The notes beneath the pieces are model-generated. The model was given only the letters and a program-made list of their open reading frames with translations, ran no database searches and was not told where the DNA came from. The translations under genes and the position numbers were made by a program. Shown here piece by piece: positions 49,168 through 59,882 of a stretch of DNA of 64,000 nucleotides. Numbering within the stretch: the first letter of the stretch is position 1; every line of letters starts with the position of its first letter. Source of the stretch: an uncultured Gemmatimonadales bacterium (lineage in GTDB: Bacteria; Gemmatimonadota; Gemmatimonadetes; Longimicrobiales; RSA9); NCBI GenBank assembly GCA_963798845.1, contig CAWCUS010000001.1:384001-448000 (forward strand), given 5' to 3'.

Positions 49168-52100
49168 TCAGTACCCCCACTCGCGGACGAGGCTGAGGCC
49201 CCAGACCTTGCGATCGTCGATCTCGGCCAGCCCGAAGGAGGGCGTGCGCGCGAAACGGTCCTCGAGGTAGAACTCGCCGGTCCACGTGGGGCGGAACCGG
49301 TACTGGATGCGGGCGCCCAGCAGGCGCGTCCAAGACTGCTGCGACTCCTGCTGCGCGGGGATCCGCCCGCTCAGGATCAGCGTCAGGTCGCGGGTGGCGT
49401 CGAATCCCAGCTCCACCTGCGTGTTGGCCAGGAGACCCGACGCGCCGTAGTCGCCGAGCTGGTACTCCGGCGCGCGCAGCGCCAGGTAGTCGATCCCGAG
49501 GAGACTGTTGGCCATGCGCTGGAGCTCGCTGGACGCGAAGCCGGTGAGGGCGGGGCGGATGAGCCCGAGGCCGAGGCCGGTCATCATCCCGCTCGACAGG
49601 ACGTCCGACTCCGACTGGGTCAGCTCGGCGCCTGAGCGACCGAACAGGAGGTAGCTGGCGAGGTCGGCCTGCGAGACCTGGATATCGGAATCGGTGGTGA
49701 GACGCACGCGCGGGTTCTGGAGCGTGCCCGTGAGGACGGCCACCACGTCGATGGGGTCGCCCTGGGCGCGCCGAACGCGGTAGGCCGCCTCCACGTCCAG
49801 GTCGGGGTCGATCCCAGGTGTGCCGACGAACTCGATGGTCCCGCTCCGGATGTCGAAGCGGCGGGCGGGAACCCGCTGCGCGACCTGGAGGTCGTACGTG
49901 CCGCGCACGGTCTGGAGCGACCCGGTCAGGCGCAGGTCGCCGGTGCCGAGGTCCGCCTCCACTTCGAGGGCACCGCTCACTTCCACGTCCAGCTCGCGGC
50001 TGCGGAGCCACAGCTCCCGGGACGCGTTGATGTTCAGGTTGGTCACCACGAGGTTCTTCAGGAACGGGTTCGGCGGCGACGGCCGGAAGCTGACCGTGGT
50101 GCTGTCGAAGAGCTGGAACATGGACGTGTCCAGCTGCACGATCTGATAGCGTCGCCAGATCTCGTCCAGGTTCATCTCGCCCCGCACCAGGCGGAGGTCT
50201 CCGGAGACCACCGGCCGTGCGTAGCGGCCGCCCACGTGAACCGCGCCGTCGGCCACCGCAGCCACGTCGCGCCGCTTCGAGGCCTCGAACTGCCTGGCCA
50301 TCACGTCCAGGTCGAAGCCGGGATCCGAGGGGTGCGTCAGGTCGAGCGTGCCGTTCACGTCGGCGGACCCGCCGCCGGTGCGCAGCGTGGCCGTCAGGTC
50401 CACCTGCCTCCCCGGCCGCATGCGTGCGACGGCTTCGACGCCCCGGTAGCGCACGAGGAGCGGCTCGAAGAAGGCGCTCCCGTCGGTGAGGCGAAGCTCG
50501 CCCCCGAGCTCCGGCGATCGGCCGGTCCCCGCCATGTCGATCGCCGCGTCGACCCAGCCGGTGAGGCCCGTGAACCCGGGCGTCAGAAAGCTGAGCAGCC
50601 CGGCCGGCACGCTGTCGGCCCTGATGTGCACGGCGAGGGGCAGCTCCAGCAGCCGCTCCTGCGTGGACATGAAGGCCAGGTCGGCCGGGACGCTGGCGTC
50701 CGCCGTGACCACGGCGTCGCCATCCCGCCAGCCGGCGAACCGGGCCGTGATCAGCCGGTCTTCGTAGCGCATCTCCGCGCCCGCGCTGTCCAGGACGGCG
50801 CCGGCGTAGCGGAAGGGTCGAGAGGCGAGCCATCCTCGAATCAGCGGGGCGCGCGCCGTCCCGGTGACACGGAACTGCCCCGTGATGACGCCGTCCACGA
50901 CGGAGTCCGTCTGCGCCAGCCGCAGCAGCTCCCCCACGCGCACGCTGTCCAGGTCCACGGCCAGCGATGCGGGCAGGGTGTCCCCGGTCTCGAGCTCGCG
51001 CCACGGCAGCACCCCCGCTACGCGGATTCGCGCGGACGACGGCGAGCGGCGAAGCACGAGCGAGTCCACGGCCACACCGCGCCGGCCCACGGTGGCGAGC
51101 ACGGTGTCGGCCAGCGTCCAGCGGGCGTCCTTCAGCTGAACGGCGAGCCGGTGCAGCTGTACGCGCACTCCCGGGTCGGTGCGCTGGAACGTCCCCGCGA
51201 GCTCGAGCTCCTGCGCTTCCGCGCCCCGTGCCTGGAGCGCCAGCTCGCCCGAGCCGCGCGTGTAGCGGAGCGACGCCTGCACTACGGGGAGCGTCCGCCC
51301 CGACGCCCGCAAAGAGTCCAGGGTGGCGTTCGTGCTGAAATCGCCGGGCCCGCCGTCGAAGTCGGCGTGGGCGCTGTGCAGGCGGACATCCCCGTACAGG
51401 ACGTCCTCGCCCGAGGCCCGCCCCTGCACCTTCCAACGCTGGATCCCGCCCCACGCCGTGCCCTCCACGGCGACGCGTCCGCCGAGGCGCGGCTCGAGCG
51501 GCTCGCCCAGCGCGTGCTCGCCCGGGTCGGGGAAGAGCACCGGCTCCAGCGGCTCCACCGAGTCCGCCCGCACCGAGAAGCGCAGCTCCCCTTCCCTCCC
51601 CTCCACCACCCCGAAGCTTCCGCTCGCGACGGCGTCACCGACCGCGGAGCGGACAGTCAGGCTGTCCACGTTCAGCAGACCGCGGTCGAGGCTGACATTC
51701 GCCACGGCCCGATAGACGGGGATCCCGGCGACGCGTGCCGCCGCCACGTCCACGGCCAGCGTCGCCCGCGCATCCGCCACCGCGCGGCCGTCGCCGTCGA
51801 GCTGGAAGCGGGCGCTGACCTGCGTTTCCGGCAGGGACGGCAGCAGCCGCTCGAGCGAGAAGTCGGTCACTTCCCCCCGCATGGAGTAGCGCGGGACATC
51901 ACCTTCGAGGGAGCCGTGGCCGGTGACGGCCACCCGTCCCGCGGGCGTCCGGAGGTCCGCGCCGAGCTCCAGGCTGTCCAGCGGTCCCGTGAGCGTGAGG
52001 ACGCCGGTCGCTTCCCCGACCATCGACACGAGGGTCGGGAACTGCTCGTTCAGGAGGTCCAGCGCGACGGGCGCCGACTCGAGACGCAGGTCCACCCTCG

Positions 52101-53598
52101 AGCGTCCCCGCGCCAGCAGCAGGCTCCCGCCCCCGCGGAAGCGGGACTCCTGCTCTCCTCGCCGGAGGGTCGCGTCGCCGTCCACGGTCAGCCCGCCCGC
52201 CAGGGTGCCGTTGGCGCTGAACCGGCCGCGGGCCTCGCCCCGGAGGCGGAGCCCGGGGACGAGCCGCGCCACCTGCGCCAGGTCGAGGTGCTCCACGGTG
52301 CCGCGAAGTCCGGCCGCGGCGTACGGCCGGGTGGCGCGCACCCGGCCCCGCCACTGCACGGCCGCGCCGGACCCCTTCTCTCCCGCGGCGACGAAGCGGA
52401 CGTTTCCGCGCGTGTCCAGCGCCGAGACCGGCCCCTGCACTTCCACGGTGCCGATGAGGAGGCCGTCGAGCGGGAGGTCCATGGGGACGAGGCTGCGCAG
52501 CAGGTCCACGTTCAGCGGGGACGCGCGCAGGTTCACGTCCGTGAAGTAGAGGGTATCCCCGGTCACGACGCCGAAAGAGCCGGCGAGCTCCGAGTCGCCG
52601 GTGTGAAGGCTGGCGTCGCTGACCAGAAAGAGCGTGCTCCCCGGGCTCCGCGTCTGGAGCCGGAGCTCGAGCTTCCCGCCCCCCTCGGTGGGCAGGGACG
52701 GGTAGAGCCACTGGAGGTCGCCGAACGAAAGGTGGTCCGCACTGGCGCGGATGTCGTAGCGGCGGCCCTGGTCGCCCAGGATCATCTGCCCGACCACGGA
52801 CAGCTCGGAGTCCGGCAGCTTCACTCTCGGCATGTCGAAGCTGATGACCGAGTCGCGGAGCGTGACGGTGCCCTCCACCTGCCGGAGGTCCGCCGGCGTC
52901 TTCCAGACGTACAGGCGACCGCTGAAGTCGCCGATCTGGACGAGGTGACCCGCCTCCTCCGGCGACTCCCAGACGACGCGCGGCAAGCGCGCCTGCAGGT
53001 GCTCCACCCGGATCGTCCGCACCGTTCCGCCCGGCACGTCCTCGAAAATCAGGCGAGCGGTGTCGGACGCCGCCACGGGTCCCGACGGCTCCCACGGGGT
53101 ACGGACCACGACATTGCCGTCGATGATGCCGATGTCGTTGATGAGCACCAGCCGGGTCGGCGCCGGGGCGGTCGTGTCCGCAGCGGTGGTGTCCCCGGGG
53201 AAAACGCGCTGGTAGTTCCATCTCTCCTCCCCCGGGAGGCGCTCGATCGTGATGTCCGGGGAGTACAGCGTGAGCCGGTCGAAGGTCAGGTTGCCGCCGA
53301 TGAGCGTGCGCACGTGGTAGGCGAGGCGGGCGCTGTCCACGCGCATGAACGGGCGGCCGAGGCTGTCGTCGATGGCGACGTCGCGGAGCACGACGCCGTG
53401 CAGCAGCCCTGCGCTGGTGACCGATCCGACGCGAAGCTCGCCATGGACGATGCCGCGCAGCTGGCCGACCGCGATCCGCCCCGCCTGGCGCACGCCCAGG
53501 TCCGTGCGGGTGAGCACGTACACGGCCACCGAGAGGAGGACCACCAGCACCGCCACACCCACCAGCACCCACCGGAGCACCCGTCGAGCGCTCGCCAT
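49168..53598 (-). CDS. tamB: Translocation/assembly module TamB family protein
   Basis: N-terminal TM, long beta-rich body, C-terminal GTIEFVG...DPDLDVEA...GTLQNPRV...SYLLFG; coupled to the Omp85 gene. Confidence 0.85.
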   Translation of the reverse strand: MASARRVLRWVLVGVAVLVVLLSVAVYVLTRTDLGVRQAGRIAVGQLRGIVHGELRVGSVTSAGLLHGVVLRDVAIDDSLGRPFMRVDSARLAYHVRTLIGGNLTFDRLTLYSPDITIERLPGEERWNYQRVFPGDTTAADTTAPAPTRLVLINDIGIIDGNVVVRTPWEPSGPVAASDTARLIFEDVPGGTVRTIRVEHLQARLPRVVWESPEEAGHLVQIGDFSGRLYVWKTPADLRQVEGTVTLRDSVISFDMPRVKLPDSELSVVGQMILGDQGRRYDIRASADHLSFGDLQWLYPSLPTEGGGKLELRLQTRSPGSTLFLVSDASLHTGDSELAGSFGVVTGDTLYFTDVNLRASPLNVDLLRSLVPMDLPLDGLLIGTVEVQGPVSALDTRGNVRFVAAGEKGSGAAVQWRGRVRATRPYAAAGLRGTVEHLDLAQVARLVPGLRLRGEARGRFSANGTLAGGLTVDGDATLRRGEQESRFRGGGSLLLARGRSRVDLRLESAPVALDLLNEQFPTLVSMVGEATGVLTLTGPLDSLELGADLRTPAGRVAVTGHGSLEGDVPRYSMRGEVTDFSLERLLPSLPETQVSARFQLDGDGRAVADARATLAVDVAAARVAGIPVYRAVANVSLDRGLLNVDSLTVRSAVGDAVASGSFGVVEGREGELRFSVRADSVEPLEPVLFPDPGEHALGEPLEPRLGGRVAVEGTAWGGIQRWKVQGRASGEDVLYGDVRLHSAHADFDGGPGDFSTNATLDSLRASGRTLPVVQASLRYTRGSGELALQARGAEAQELELAGTFQRTDPGVRVQLHRLAVQLKDARWTLADTVLATVGRRGVAVDSLVLRRSPSSARIRVAGVLPWRELETGDTLPASLAVDLDSVRVGELLRLAQTDSVVDGVITGQFRVTGTARAPLIRGWLASRPFRYAGAVLDSAGAEMRYEDRLITARFAGWRDGDAVVTADASVPADLAFMSTQERLLELPLAVHIRADSVPAGLLSFLTPGFTGLTGWVDAAIDMAGTGRSPELGGELRLTDGSAFFEPLLVRYRGVEAVARMRPGRQVDLTATLRTGGGSADVNGTLDLTHPSDPGFDLDVMARQFEASKRRDVAAVADGAVHVGGRYARPVVSGDLRLVRGEMNLDEIWRRYQIVQLDTSMFQLFDSTTVSFRPSPPNPFLKNLVVTNLNINASRELWLRSRELDVEVSGALEVEADLGTGDLRLTGSLQTVRGTYDLQVAQRVPARRFDIRSGTIEFVGTPGIDPDLDVEAAYRVRRAQGDPIDVVAVLTGTLQNPRVRLTTDSDIQVSQADLASYLLFGRSGAELTQSESDVLSSGMMTGLGLGLIRPALTGFASSELQRMANSLLGIDYLALRAPEYQLGDYGASGLLANTQVELGFDATRDLTLILSGRIPAQQESQQSWTRLLGARIQYRFRPTWTGEFYLEDRFARTPSFGLAEIDDRKVWGLSLVREWGY

Positions 53599-55826
53599 CA
53601 GAACGCCTGCCCGATGGAGAAGTGGAGCCGGATGCGGCGGAAGAAAGCCGCCACCGGATCGGACGGATCGGTCCCGTACGGCACCGTGTGGTCCAGGAGG
53701 ACCACGTCATCGGTGTTGCGCACCGTCCAGATCCGATCCTGGCCGTTCACTTTCTGGCAACCTGGCTCATCCGTCATGCATTCTTCTACGCGCGTGGTGA
53801 GCACCGGGAGCGAAATGGAACCACGGGTATTGTAGCCCGCGTCGATGCGGATCGGGCCGATCGGGCTGTAGTAGCGCAGCCCGATCCCCGGCGTTGCGAC
53901 AATGGTCCGGAGATCCACATCCGAGACCGTCGCCCACACCTGTCCGGCATCCAGGAACGCGGCGCCTCGCAGCTTGCCGCGGAAGAGGGGCAGCGGGAAG
54001 CGCAGCTCCACGCTTCCTTCGAGCAGAACTTCCCCGCCGGCGGGCCGGACGTCAATCACGCCGTTGGGCAGCTCCGTGAGCTTGCACGTGCCGTCGTTCA
54101 CACTTTCAGGGGTGCACCCGGCGCCGCGATAGTCGGTCGTGTCCGCGCTCACCAGGTACGGTACGGCGGCGATTCCGAGCACCGTGGGCCCGAGACGGTA
54201 CTGGTCGAAGCCGCGCACGCTGTTGGCGCCGCCGGCGAAAAAGCGCTTCTGCGGGTTCACCCGCACGCCCGCATCGCTGCTCGCGTGGGGCCAGGCCACC
54301 CCCCCGTGCAGCCGTGTGGCCAGGATCACGCCGCCCGGCTTGCCCACGTACGTGCTCCCCTCGCCCGAGAGGCGGGTGTAGGCGAAGTCGGAGCCCGTGA
54401 AACGGTCGGCGTACTCGGCGTCGGCGCGGATGATGTACCCGGAGCTCGGGGTGAACGGCGCGTCGGACCGGTCCAGCGCGAACGAGAGGGCCAGCGGCGA
54501 GAGCCAGTGCGGCTCGCGCAGCATGGCCAGCTCGTCGTACGCGCAGGCGAGGAAGTTCACGCAGAAGAAGAGGTCTCCCCCGCCCTCCGCCCGGATCAGT
54601 GTGAGCTCCGGCCGGTAACTCAGGGAGAGCGTCCCATTGCCGCCCAGCGAGTGACCGAGGGAGACGTAGCCGCCGACCGCCGAGCGCACGAACACGCCCG
54701 GCACGCTCCGCCGCTCGGCGAAAAGCCCGCCCCCGATGCTGTTTCGGGGGCCCAGCAGCCACGGCTGCGTGAAATCAACGGAGACGAGGCCGGTGAGGCT
54801 GTCGTAGGCGACGTAGTCGCCGGCCAGCCACGGGAACTGCTGGCACAGCTCGCCCATCAGCACGTTCCCCAGCCTGCCGCGGACCTCCAGGCGACGGCCA
54901 TCGCCCATGAAGTTGCGGCTGCTCCAGGACGCTTCGAGGTTCCCGCACTCCACGTTGTTGAACCCCGCCCCGACCCGGACCCGGCGCATGTTCCCCTCGC
55001 TCACCTGGATGGTCACGGGTATGACGCTGTCCGAGCCAGCGTCCAGATCCGCGCGGACTTCCGCGTGCCGGAAGATCTGGAGACCATACAGGTTGCGCTG
55101 GCTCCGCAGCAGCGCGCTCCGGTCGTAGCGGTCCCCCTCCCCGAAGGAGAGCATGCGCTCCACGAGCCGAGGAGCGGCTTCCTCGTTTCCCATCACCTGG
55201 ATCGCGCCGAAGCGGGCGAGCGTGCCCGGGATGATCTCGAACTGCACGTACGCCTTCTGCGGCTCCGCGCTCGGGATCATGTAGCCCGGCAGCACTTCCG
55301 CCCGGGCATAGCCATGGTTTCGGAGGCGGTTGAGCAGCGTGTCGCGCGTGGCCTCGTACATCACCATGTCGAACGGGTCGCCGCGCCGCAGCGGTAGCGA
55401 CCGTCGCTTCAGCGACGACGGCAGCCCCGACACCGTGAGCTCGGCCACCCGTACCGGCTCCCCCTCCTGGATGTGGAAGGTCACGCGCACCGCCTCGTCC
55501 CCCGCGCGCGCCGTGTCCACCGTGATCTGCGCCTGCCGGAAGCCGCGCTCGTAGTAGTACACCTTGAGGCGCAGCGGGTCGGTTTCCAGCGCCCCCGCCG
55601 GGAGGAACGCCTCCTCTTCCCCGACGCCCGCCCAGCACACCAGCGCGTAGAGGAGGTTGGGGCAGCGCGTCGCGGAAGTCTCGATCGCGGCCGCCAGCTC
55701 TGTGCGGGTGAACGACCTCGCGCCTGCGAAGCGGAGCGTCTCCACCTCGAGACCCTGCCCCGCTGCCGGCGCGGCGGCGGAGAGGGCGACGAGGAGCCCC
55801 GCGGTCGCTGCGGCGAGGCGCCTCAC
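53598..55826 (-). CDS. Omp85/TamA-family outer membrane protein
   Basis: Signal peptide, POTRA repeats (YYERGF, LRNHGY), RFFAGGANSVRGF, RYYSPIGPIRID, C-terminal HFSIGQAF. Confidence 0.9.
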   Translation of the reverse strand: MRRLAAATAGLLVALSAAAPAAGQGLEVETLRFAGARSFTRTELAAAIETSATRCPNLLYALVCWAGVGEEEAFLPAGALETDPLRLKVYYYERGFRQAQITVDTARAGDEAVRVTFHIQEGEPVRVAELTVSGLPSSLKRRSLPLRRGDPFDMVMYEATRDTLLNRLRNHGYARAEVLPGYMIPSAEPQKAYVQFEIIPGTLARFGAIQVMGNEEAAPRLVERMLSFGEGDRYDRSALLRSQRNLYGLQIFRHAEVRADLDAGSDSVIPVTIQVSEGNMRRVRVGAGFNNVECGNLEASWSSRNFMGDGRRLEVRGRLGNVLMGELCQQFPWLAGDYVAYDSLTGLVSVDFTQPWLLGPRNSIGGGLFAERRSVPGVFVRSAVGGYVSLGHSLGGNGTLSLSYRPELTLIRAEGGGDLFFCVNFLACAYDELAMLREPHWLSPLALSFALDRSDAPFTPSSGYIIRADAEYADRFTGSDFAYTRLSGEGSTYVGKPGGVILATRLHGGVAWPHASSDAGVRVNPQKRFFAGGANSVRGFDQYRLGPTVLGIAAVPYLVSADTTDYRGAGCTPESVNDGTCKLTELPNGVIDVRPAGGEVLLEGSVELRFPLPLFRGKLRGAAFLDAGQVWATVSDVDLRTIVATPGIGLRYYSPIGPIRIDAGYNTRGSISLPVLTTRVEECMTDEPGCQKVNGQDRIWTVRNTDDVVLLDHTVPYGTDPSDPVAAFFRRIRLHFSIGQAF

Positions 55827-56686
55827 TCCTGTTCCAGCGCGGACAGCGTGACGCTGTCGCGGAAGTACGCCGACGGCTTGCGCGGGAAGATGTGCCGGCT
55901 CACCGAGGCGAAGCCGCCCACATCATCCATGAACATGTAGTGGGTGACGCGCACCACCTCATCCGTGATCCGGACGACGTTGAACGAGTTCTTCTCCCGC
56001 TCCCGCACTCGCCCGCGGCGGGACGTGCTGGTGCCGCTCTGGACGATGATGATGCCATGCTCCCGGTCCTGGCCGGGGTACAGGTCGAGGGAGTTGCCGA
56101 TGTACGCACGGTGGAGATGGCCGCCCATGATCAGGTCGACCTTCAGCTCGGCGAAGACGTCGACGGCCCGCTTCGCCCCCGGCATGACCTCGCCGCGCTC
56201 GTAGTCAGGGGCGGGAGCGAAATGATGATGTGCCACCACGATCCTCACCAGTCCGGGCGGCGCCGCCTCCAGCGCCCGTCGGCAGAAGTCGAGCTGTCCC
56301 GGGTCGATCCGGCCGTTCGTGAGCGCGCGCCGCGGGGCCGTGGAGTTGAGCGCGACGATGATGGCGTCATCGGTTCGAACCACCTGGTCGAGCTCGCGCG
56401 CGATGTACTTCCGGTACCAGCGGTACGGCCAAAAGATCCGCTCGAGCCCACGGTACAGGGGCACATCGTGATTCCCCGGCACCACCACGGTGGGCACGTC
56501 GGGGAGAGCGTCCAGGAACACCCTGGCATCCGCGAACTGCTGCTTCTTCGCGCGCTGCGTGAAGTCCCCGCTGGCCACGACGAGATCCGGCTCGATCGCG
56601 CCCGCGGCCTTCAGCAGCGCCTCCCCCACTCGCGGGATGTAGGGAGGTCCGAAATGCAGGTCGGAGATGTGGAGGATGGTCATCAT
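55823..56686 (-). CDS. Calcineurin-like metallophosphoesterase
   Basis: HISDLHFG, SGDFT, PGNHD, AHHH, GGHLH. Confidence 0.92.
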   Translation of the reverse strand: MMTILHISDLHFGPPYIPRVGEALLKAAGAIEPDLVVASGDFTQRAKKQQFADARVFLDALPDVPTVVVPGNHDVPLYRGLERIFWPYRWYRKYIARELDQVVRTDDAIIVALNSTAPRRALTNGRIDPGQLDFCRRALEAAPPGLVRIVVAHHHFAPAPDYERGEVMPGAKRAVDVFAELKVDLIMGGHLHRAYIGNSLDLYPGQDREHGIIIVQSGTSTSRRGRVREREKNSFNVVRITDEVVRVTHYMFMDDVGGFASVSRHIFPRKPSAYFRDSVTLSALEQE

Positions 56687-57750
56687 GCCGGTTCCGCTCC
56701 CCGTCGAACGAGGCCGGGGAACGGCAGGTCCGCCCGCGCGGTGAGGTCGGGGCCGGCCACGTCGCCTCGCGCGAATCGGAAGGCCGCAGTGCGCGCGATC
56801 ATGGCGCCGTTGTCGGTGGCCATGCGCGGGCTCGGGTGGAAGAGCCGGCCCTCCTCGCCCAGAGCGTCGGAGAGGGCGTCGCGGAGGGCGAGGCTCGCGG
56901 CCACACCTCCCCCGATCAGCACCCGGTGGCACCCCTTCTCCTGCACGGCCCGCAGCGTTTTCCCCACCAGGACGTCGATCACCGCGCGCTGGAAGGAGCG
57001 GGCGACTGCGTCGCGCTCCGCTTCCAGGCGACCCTCCGCCTCCAGCTGCCCGGCCCGCGTCAGCACCGCCGTCTTCAGGCCGCTGAAGGAGAATGCGTAG
57101 AAGCCATCATCGCCGGGGCGCTGGTGCCGCGCGAACATGGGGCGCGGGAAGGGGTGCGGGTCTCCCGCAACGCGTGCGGCGGCCCGCTCGATCGGGGGCC
57201 CGCCCGGGTACTCCATGCCGAGCACGCGCGCCACCTTGTCGAACGCCTCGCCGGCGGCGTCGTCGCGGGTCTCGCCGAGCAGCTCGTATCGTCCCCATTC
57301 GGGCACCCAGAGCAGGAGCGTGTGACCCCCGGACACGAGCAGGGCCACGAAGGGGGGAACGGCCCCGGGGTCCTCGAGGCTGGCGGCGAACAGGTGCGCC
57401 TCCATGTGGTGGACGCCCACGATCGGTCGGCCGAGCCCCCACGCCACGCTCTTGGTCCACGTGAGCCCGACCAGGAGCGCGCCGATCAGGCCGGGCCCCG
57501 CGGTCACGCCGAAGACCGCCACGTCGCCCAGCCCGATGCCCGCCTCCCGCAGCGCCGCGCGCGCGACATCGTCTATGGCGCGCATGTGGGCCCTTGCCGC
57601 CAGCTCGGGGACGACGCCGGCATAGACCTGGTGGATGTCCTGTGAAAGTATGACGTGACCGAGAAGCTCGTCCCCGGCCAGGACGGCGGCGGAAGTCTCG
57701 TCGCAGGAGGTCTCGACTCCGAGAACGGGGCCGGGGACCGCGCCCGACAT
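56683..57750 (-). CDS. tsaD: tRNA N6-adenosine threonylcarbamoyltransferase
   Basis: GVETSCDETSAA, GVVPELAARAH, HHMEAH, LVSGGHT, TRDDAAGEAFDK, TDNGAMIA. Confidence 0.97.
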   Translation of the reverse strand: MSGAVPGPVLGVETSCDETSAAVLAGDELLGHVILSQDIHQVYAGVVPELAARAHMRAIDDVARAALREAGIGLGDVAVFGVTAGPGLIGALLVGLTWTKSVAWGLGRPIVGVHHMEAHLFAASLEDPGAVPPFVALLVSGGHTLLLWVPEWGRYELLGETRDDAAGEAFDKVARVLGMEYPGGPPIERAAARVAGDPHPFPRPMFARHQRPGDDGFYAFSFSGLKTAVLTRAGQLEAEGRLEAERDAVARSFQRAVIDVLVGKTLRAVQEKGCHRVLIGGGVAASLALRDALSDALGEEGRLFHPSPRMATDNGAMIARTAAFRFARGDVAGPDLTARADLPFPGLVRRGAEPA

Positions 57751-58472
57751 CAGAATGGGGCGCCGTTCCGATTGGCGCTGTCGGCCCGGAGCACCAGCGA
57801 GTCCGCGGGCGCCACGCGCAGCACCACGTTGACTTCGGTCGGGTCCACGCGCAGGCCGCTCAGGGCCACGGTGTCCACGGTGGTTGGCACGTTCGTGTTG
57901 GAGCGCAGCCCCGAGATGTCCACGGGGAGGAGCGGCACGGAGTCGAGCGCCACGATCCGCGAGCGCGGCCCGCGCACCTCGATGGTCGACGGATTGGTGT
58001 TCACCGGCAGCTGCAGCGCGAAACCGCTGGGCAGCTCTCCCCTGACGCGGACGCGGACCGGAAGCGTGCGGGAAGCCAGCCGCTCGTAGCGCAGGCGGAC
58101 GGTGTCCGGCTGCAGGTCCAGGATCCGGACGTTGCGCAGCCCTTCCGGGATGCGCACCCACTGCGGCGCGACCACCTGCGTCTGGACGGTGTCGTTCACT
58201 CGCTCCACGGGAAGGACGATGCGGGGTGGGCTGTTCGCCAGGGAGACGAGCTCGCCCCGCGGCCCCACCACGCTCACGCTGACCACGCTCGGCGACGGCT
58301 CCCCGTCCAGCCGCCAGTCCGGATCCCGCAGGTCGACGCGCACCGGGACGTTGCGGAACGTCGCCCGCTGCGGCTTGTTCGACTGCACGGCGAGCCACAG
58401 CAGGATGGCGAGCACCAGCGCCGTGAGCTTCAGCGCCCAGTTCTCCGTGAAGAAGCGAACGATGCGCTTCAC
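57750..58472 (-). CDS. YbbR/CdaR-like domain protein
   Basis: ENWALKLTALVLAILLWLAV N-terminal anchor; two PxxVxVxG repeats. Confidence 0.75.
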   Translation of the reverse strand: MKRIVRFFTENWALKLTALVLAILLWLAVQSNKPQRATFRNVPVRVDLRDPDWRLDGEPSPSVVSVSVVGPRGELVSLANSPPRIVLPVERVNDTVQTQVVAPQWVRIPEGLRNVRILDLQPDTVRLRYERLASRTLPVRVRVRGELPSGFALQLPVNTNPSTIEVRGPRSRIVALDSVPLLPVDISGLRSNTNVPTTVDTVALSGLRVDPTEVNVVLRVAPADSLVLRADSANRNGAPF

Positions 58473-59056
58473 TGGTTCCGTTCCTCCAGCATGGTCTCGA
58501 TCCTGTCCACGTACGGCGTCTGGTCCCATGCGTGCGCCCCGACCTCCTTCGAGCGGATCACGCCGTCGCGGTCGATGAGCACCGTCGTCGGGAGGTACTC
58601 GGTTTCGAAGCTCGCCTCCGTCCCCCCCGTGGGGTCCAACGCGACCGGGAACGTGAGACCGTAGCGCTCCATGAAGCGGCTGACGGCGCCGACGACCCGG
58701 CCATCCGGCTGCCGCTCGCCCGGGTGGTCATCCACGGCCACCGAGACCACGCGCAGTCCGCGGCCCCGGTACTTCCTGTACACTCTTTCGAGGGCGGGCA
58801 TCTCCTGTCGGCACGGGCCACACCAGGTCGCCCAGATGTTCAGCAGGACCACGTCACCGCGCAGCGAGTCCAGCGCCAGGCCGTCCCCGGCGACGGTCGG
58901 CAGCTCGAGTGCCGGAGCCCGCGCCCCGGCGGCCAGTGCGCGCCTCGGGGTCCCCGCCGCCTCGCGGTTGAACCAGCCCAGGGCGACGAGCCCGCCGATG
59001 ATCGCCAGGAACGCCCCGGTGACCGCCCAGTCCCGGGCCCGATCGCTCAGCCTCAC
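58469..59056 (-). CDS. TlpA/ResA family thiol-disulfide oxidoreductase
   Basis: N-terminal TM; LNIWATWCGPCRQEMP, LPTTVLIDRDG. Confidence 0.92.
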   Translation of the reverse strand: MRLSDRARDWAVTGAFLAIIGGLVALGWFNREAAGTPRRALAAGARAPALELPTVAGDGLALDSLRGDVVLLNIWATWCGPCRQEMPALERVYRKYRGRGLRVVSVAVDDHPGERQPDGRVVGAVSRFMERYGLTFPVALDPTGGTEASFETEYLPTTVLIDRDGVIRSKEVGAHAWDQTPYVDRIETMLEERNQ

Positions 59057-59703
59057 GTTCCCCCGGGCGGGGCCGTGCCCGGCGAGTCCGCCCCGCCGGA
59101 CGGTCCGCTGCTCACCAGGAGGAGTACGGATGCCGGCAGCGGCATCGCGGTCCCCGACTCCGGATCGGTGCCGGACACCGCGCCCCGCGGGAGCCGGTCG
59201 TCCTGGACCTGCTGCACCCGGACCTGGAAGCCCGCCCGCTCGAGCAGCGCGCGCGCCGTAGCCGCCCCGAGCCCGGTGAGCGACGGCACGCGGAGGTCGG
59301 GTGGACCGGAGCTGACCGCGAAGGAGACGGCCGCCCCGGGGCGGAGCTCCTGGCCGGGGACCGGGTCCTGGGCCAGCACCTCGCCCGCCGGCGCCGTCGT
59401 GCTGGCCATCTCCGTGACCGTCCCGACCGCGAGCCCATTCTCCGCCACCTCCCGCTCGGCGTCCGCGCGCTCGCGGCCGTACAGCGCGGGAACGGCGACG
59501 CCCGCATCCGCCGTGACCGGCCTGGGGAAGACCACCCGGGTGGCGAGGAGGAAGCCCACGCCGAAGCTGACCACGAGGATCCCGACTCCGGCCAGAACCC
59601 AGCGGAGCCATGGAGTTTCCGGCACACGCCACGGGCGCCGCCACCACGGCTCGCGCGTTCCCTTCTTCAGCGGCGAGCGACGCCGCAGTGATTCCCCGAG
59701 CAC
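59053..59703 (-). CDS. PASTA domain-containing membrane protein
   Basis: TM, then two PASTA repeats (VPALYG...VLAQDPVPG; VPSLTG...GTDPESG). Confidence 0.85.
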   Translation of the reverse strand: MLGESLRRRSPLKKGTREPWWRRPWRVPETPWLRWVLAGVGILVVSFGVGFLLATRVVFPRPVTADAGVAVPALYGRERADAEREVAENGLAVGTVTEMASTTAPAGEVLAQDPVPGQELRPGAAVSFAVSSGPPDLRVPSLTGLGAATARALLERAGFQVRVQQVQDDRLPRGAVSGTDPESGTAMPLPASVLLLVSSGPSGGADSPGTAPPGGT

Positions 59704-59811
59704 GCCCTAGCCCGTCCTCGCGGACGCGGCCCGCCCCGTGTGCTTCCGCAGACGCCTGTCCTCACTCACTTGAACGTCCCCCGCTACTGCGCTCCACCCT
59801 CGGCCGCAGAA

Positions 59812-59820
59812 TGATACAAT
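59812..59820 (+). promoter_or_regulatory. Extended -10 promoter element for cdd
   Basis: TG-A-TACAAT about 60 bp upstream of the cdd start. Confidence 0.45.
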
Positions 59821-59882
59821 AGAGGGGCTGCGGCGGGAAACCCGAGCCCCTGCCGTACGCCGGCATACCGGAGAGGAGAGAC

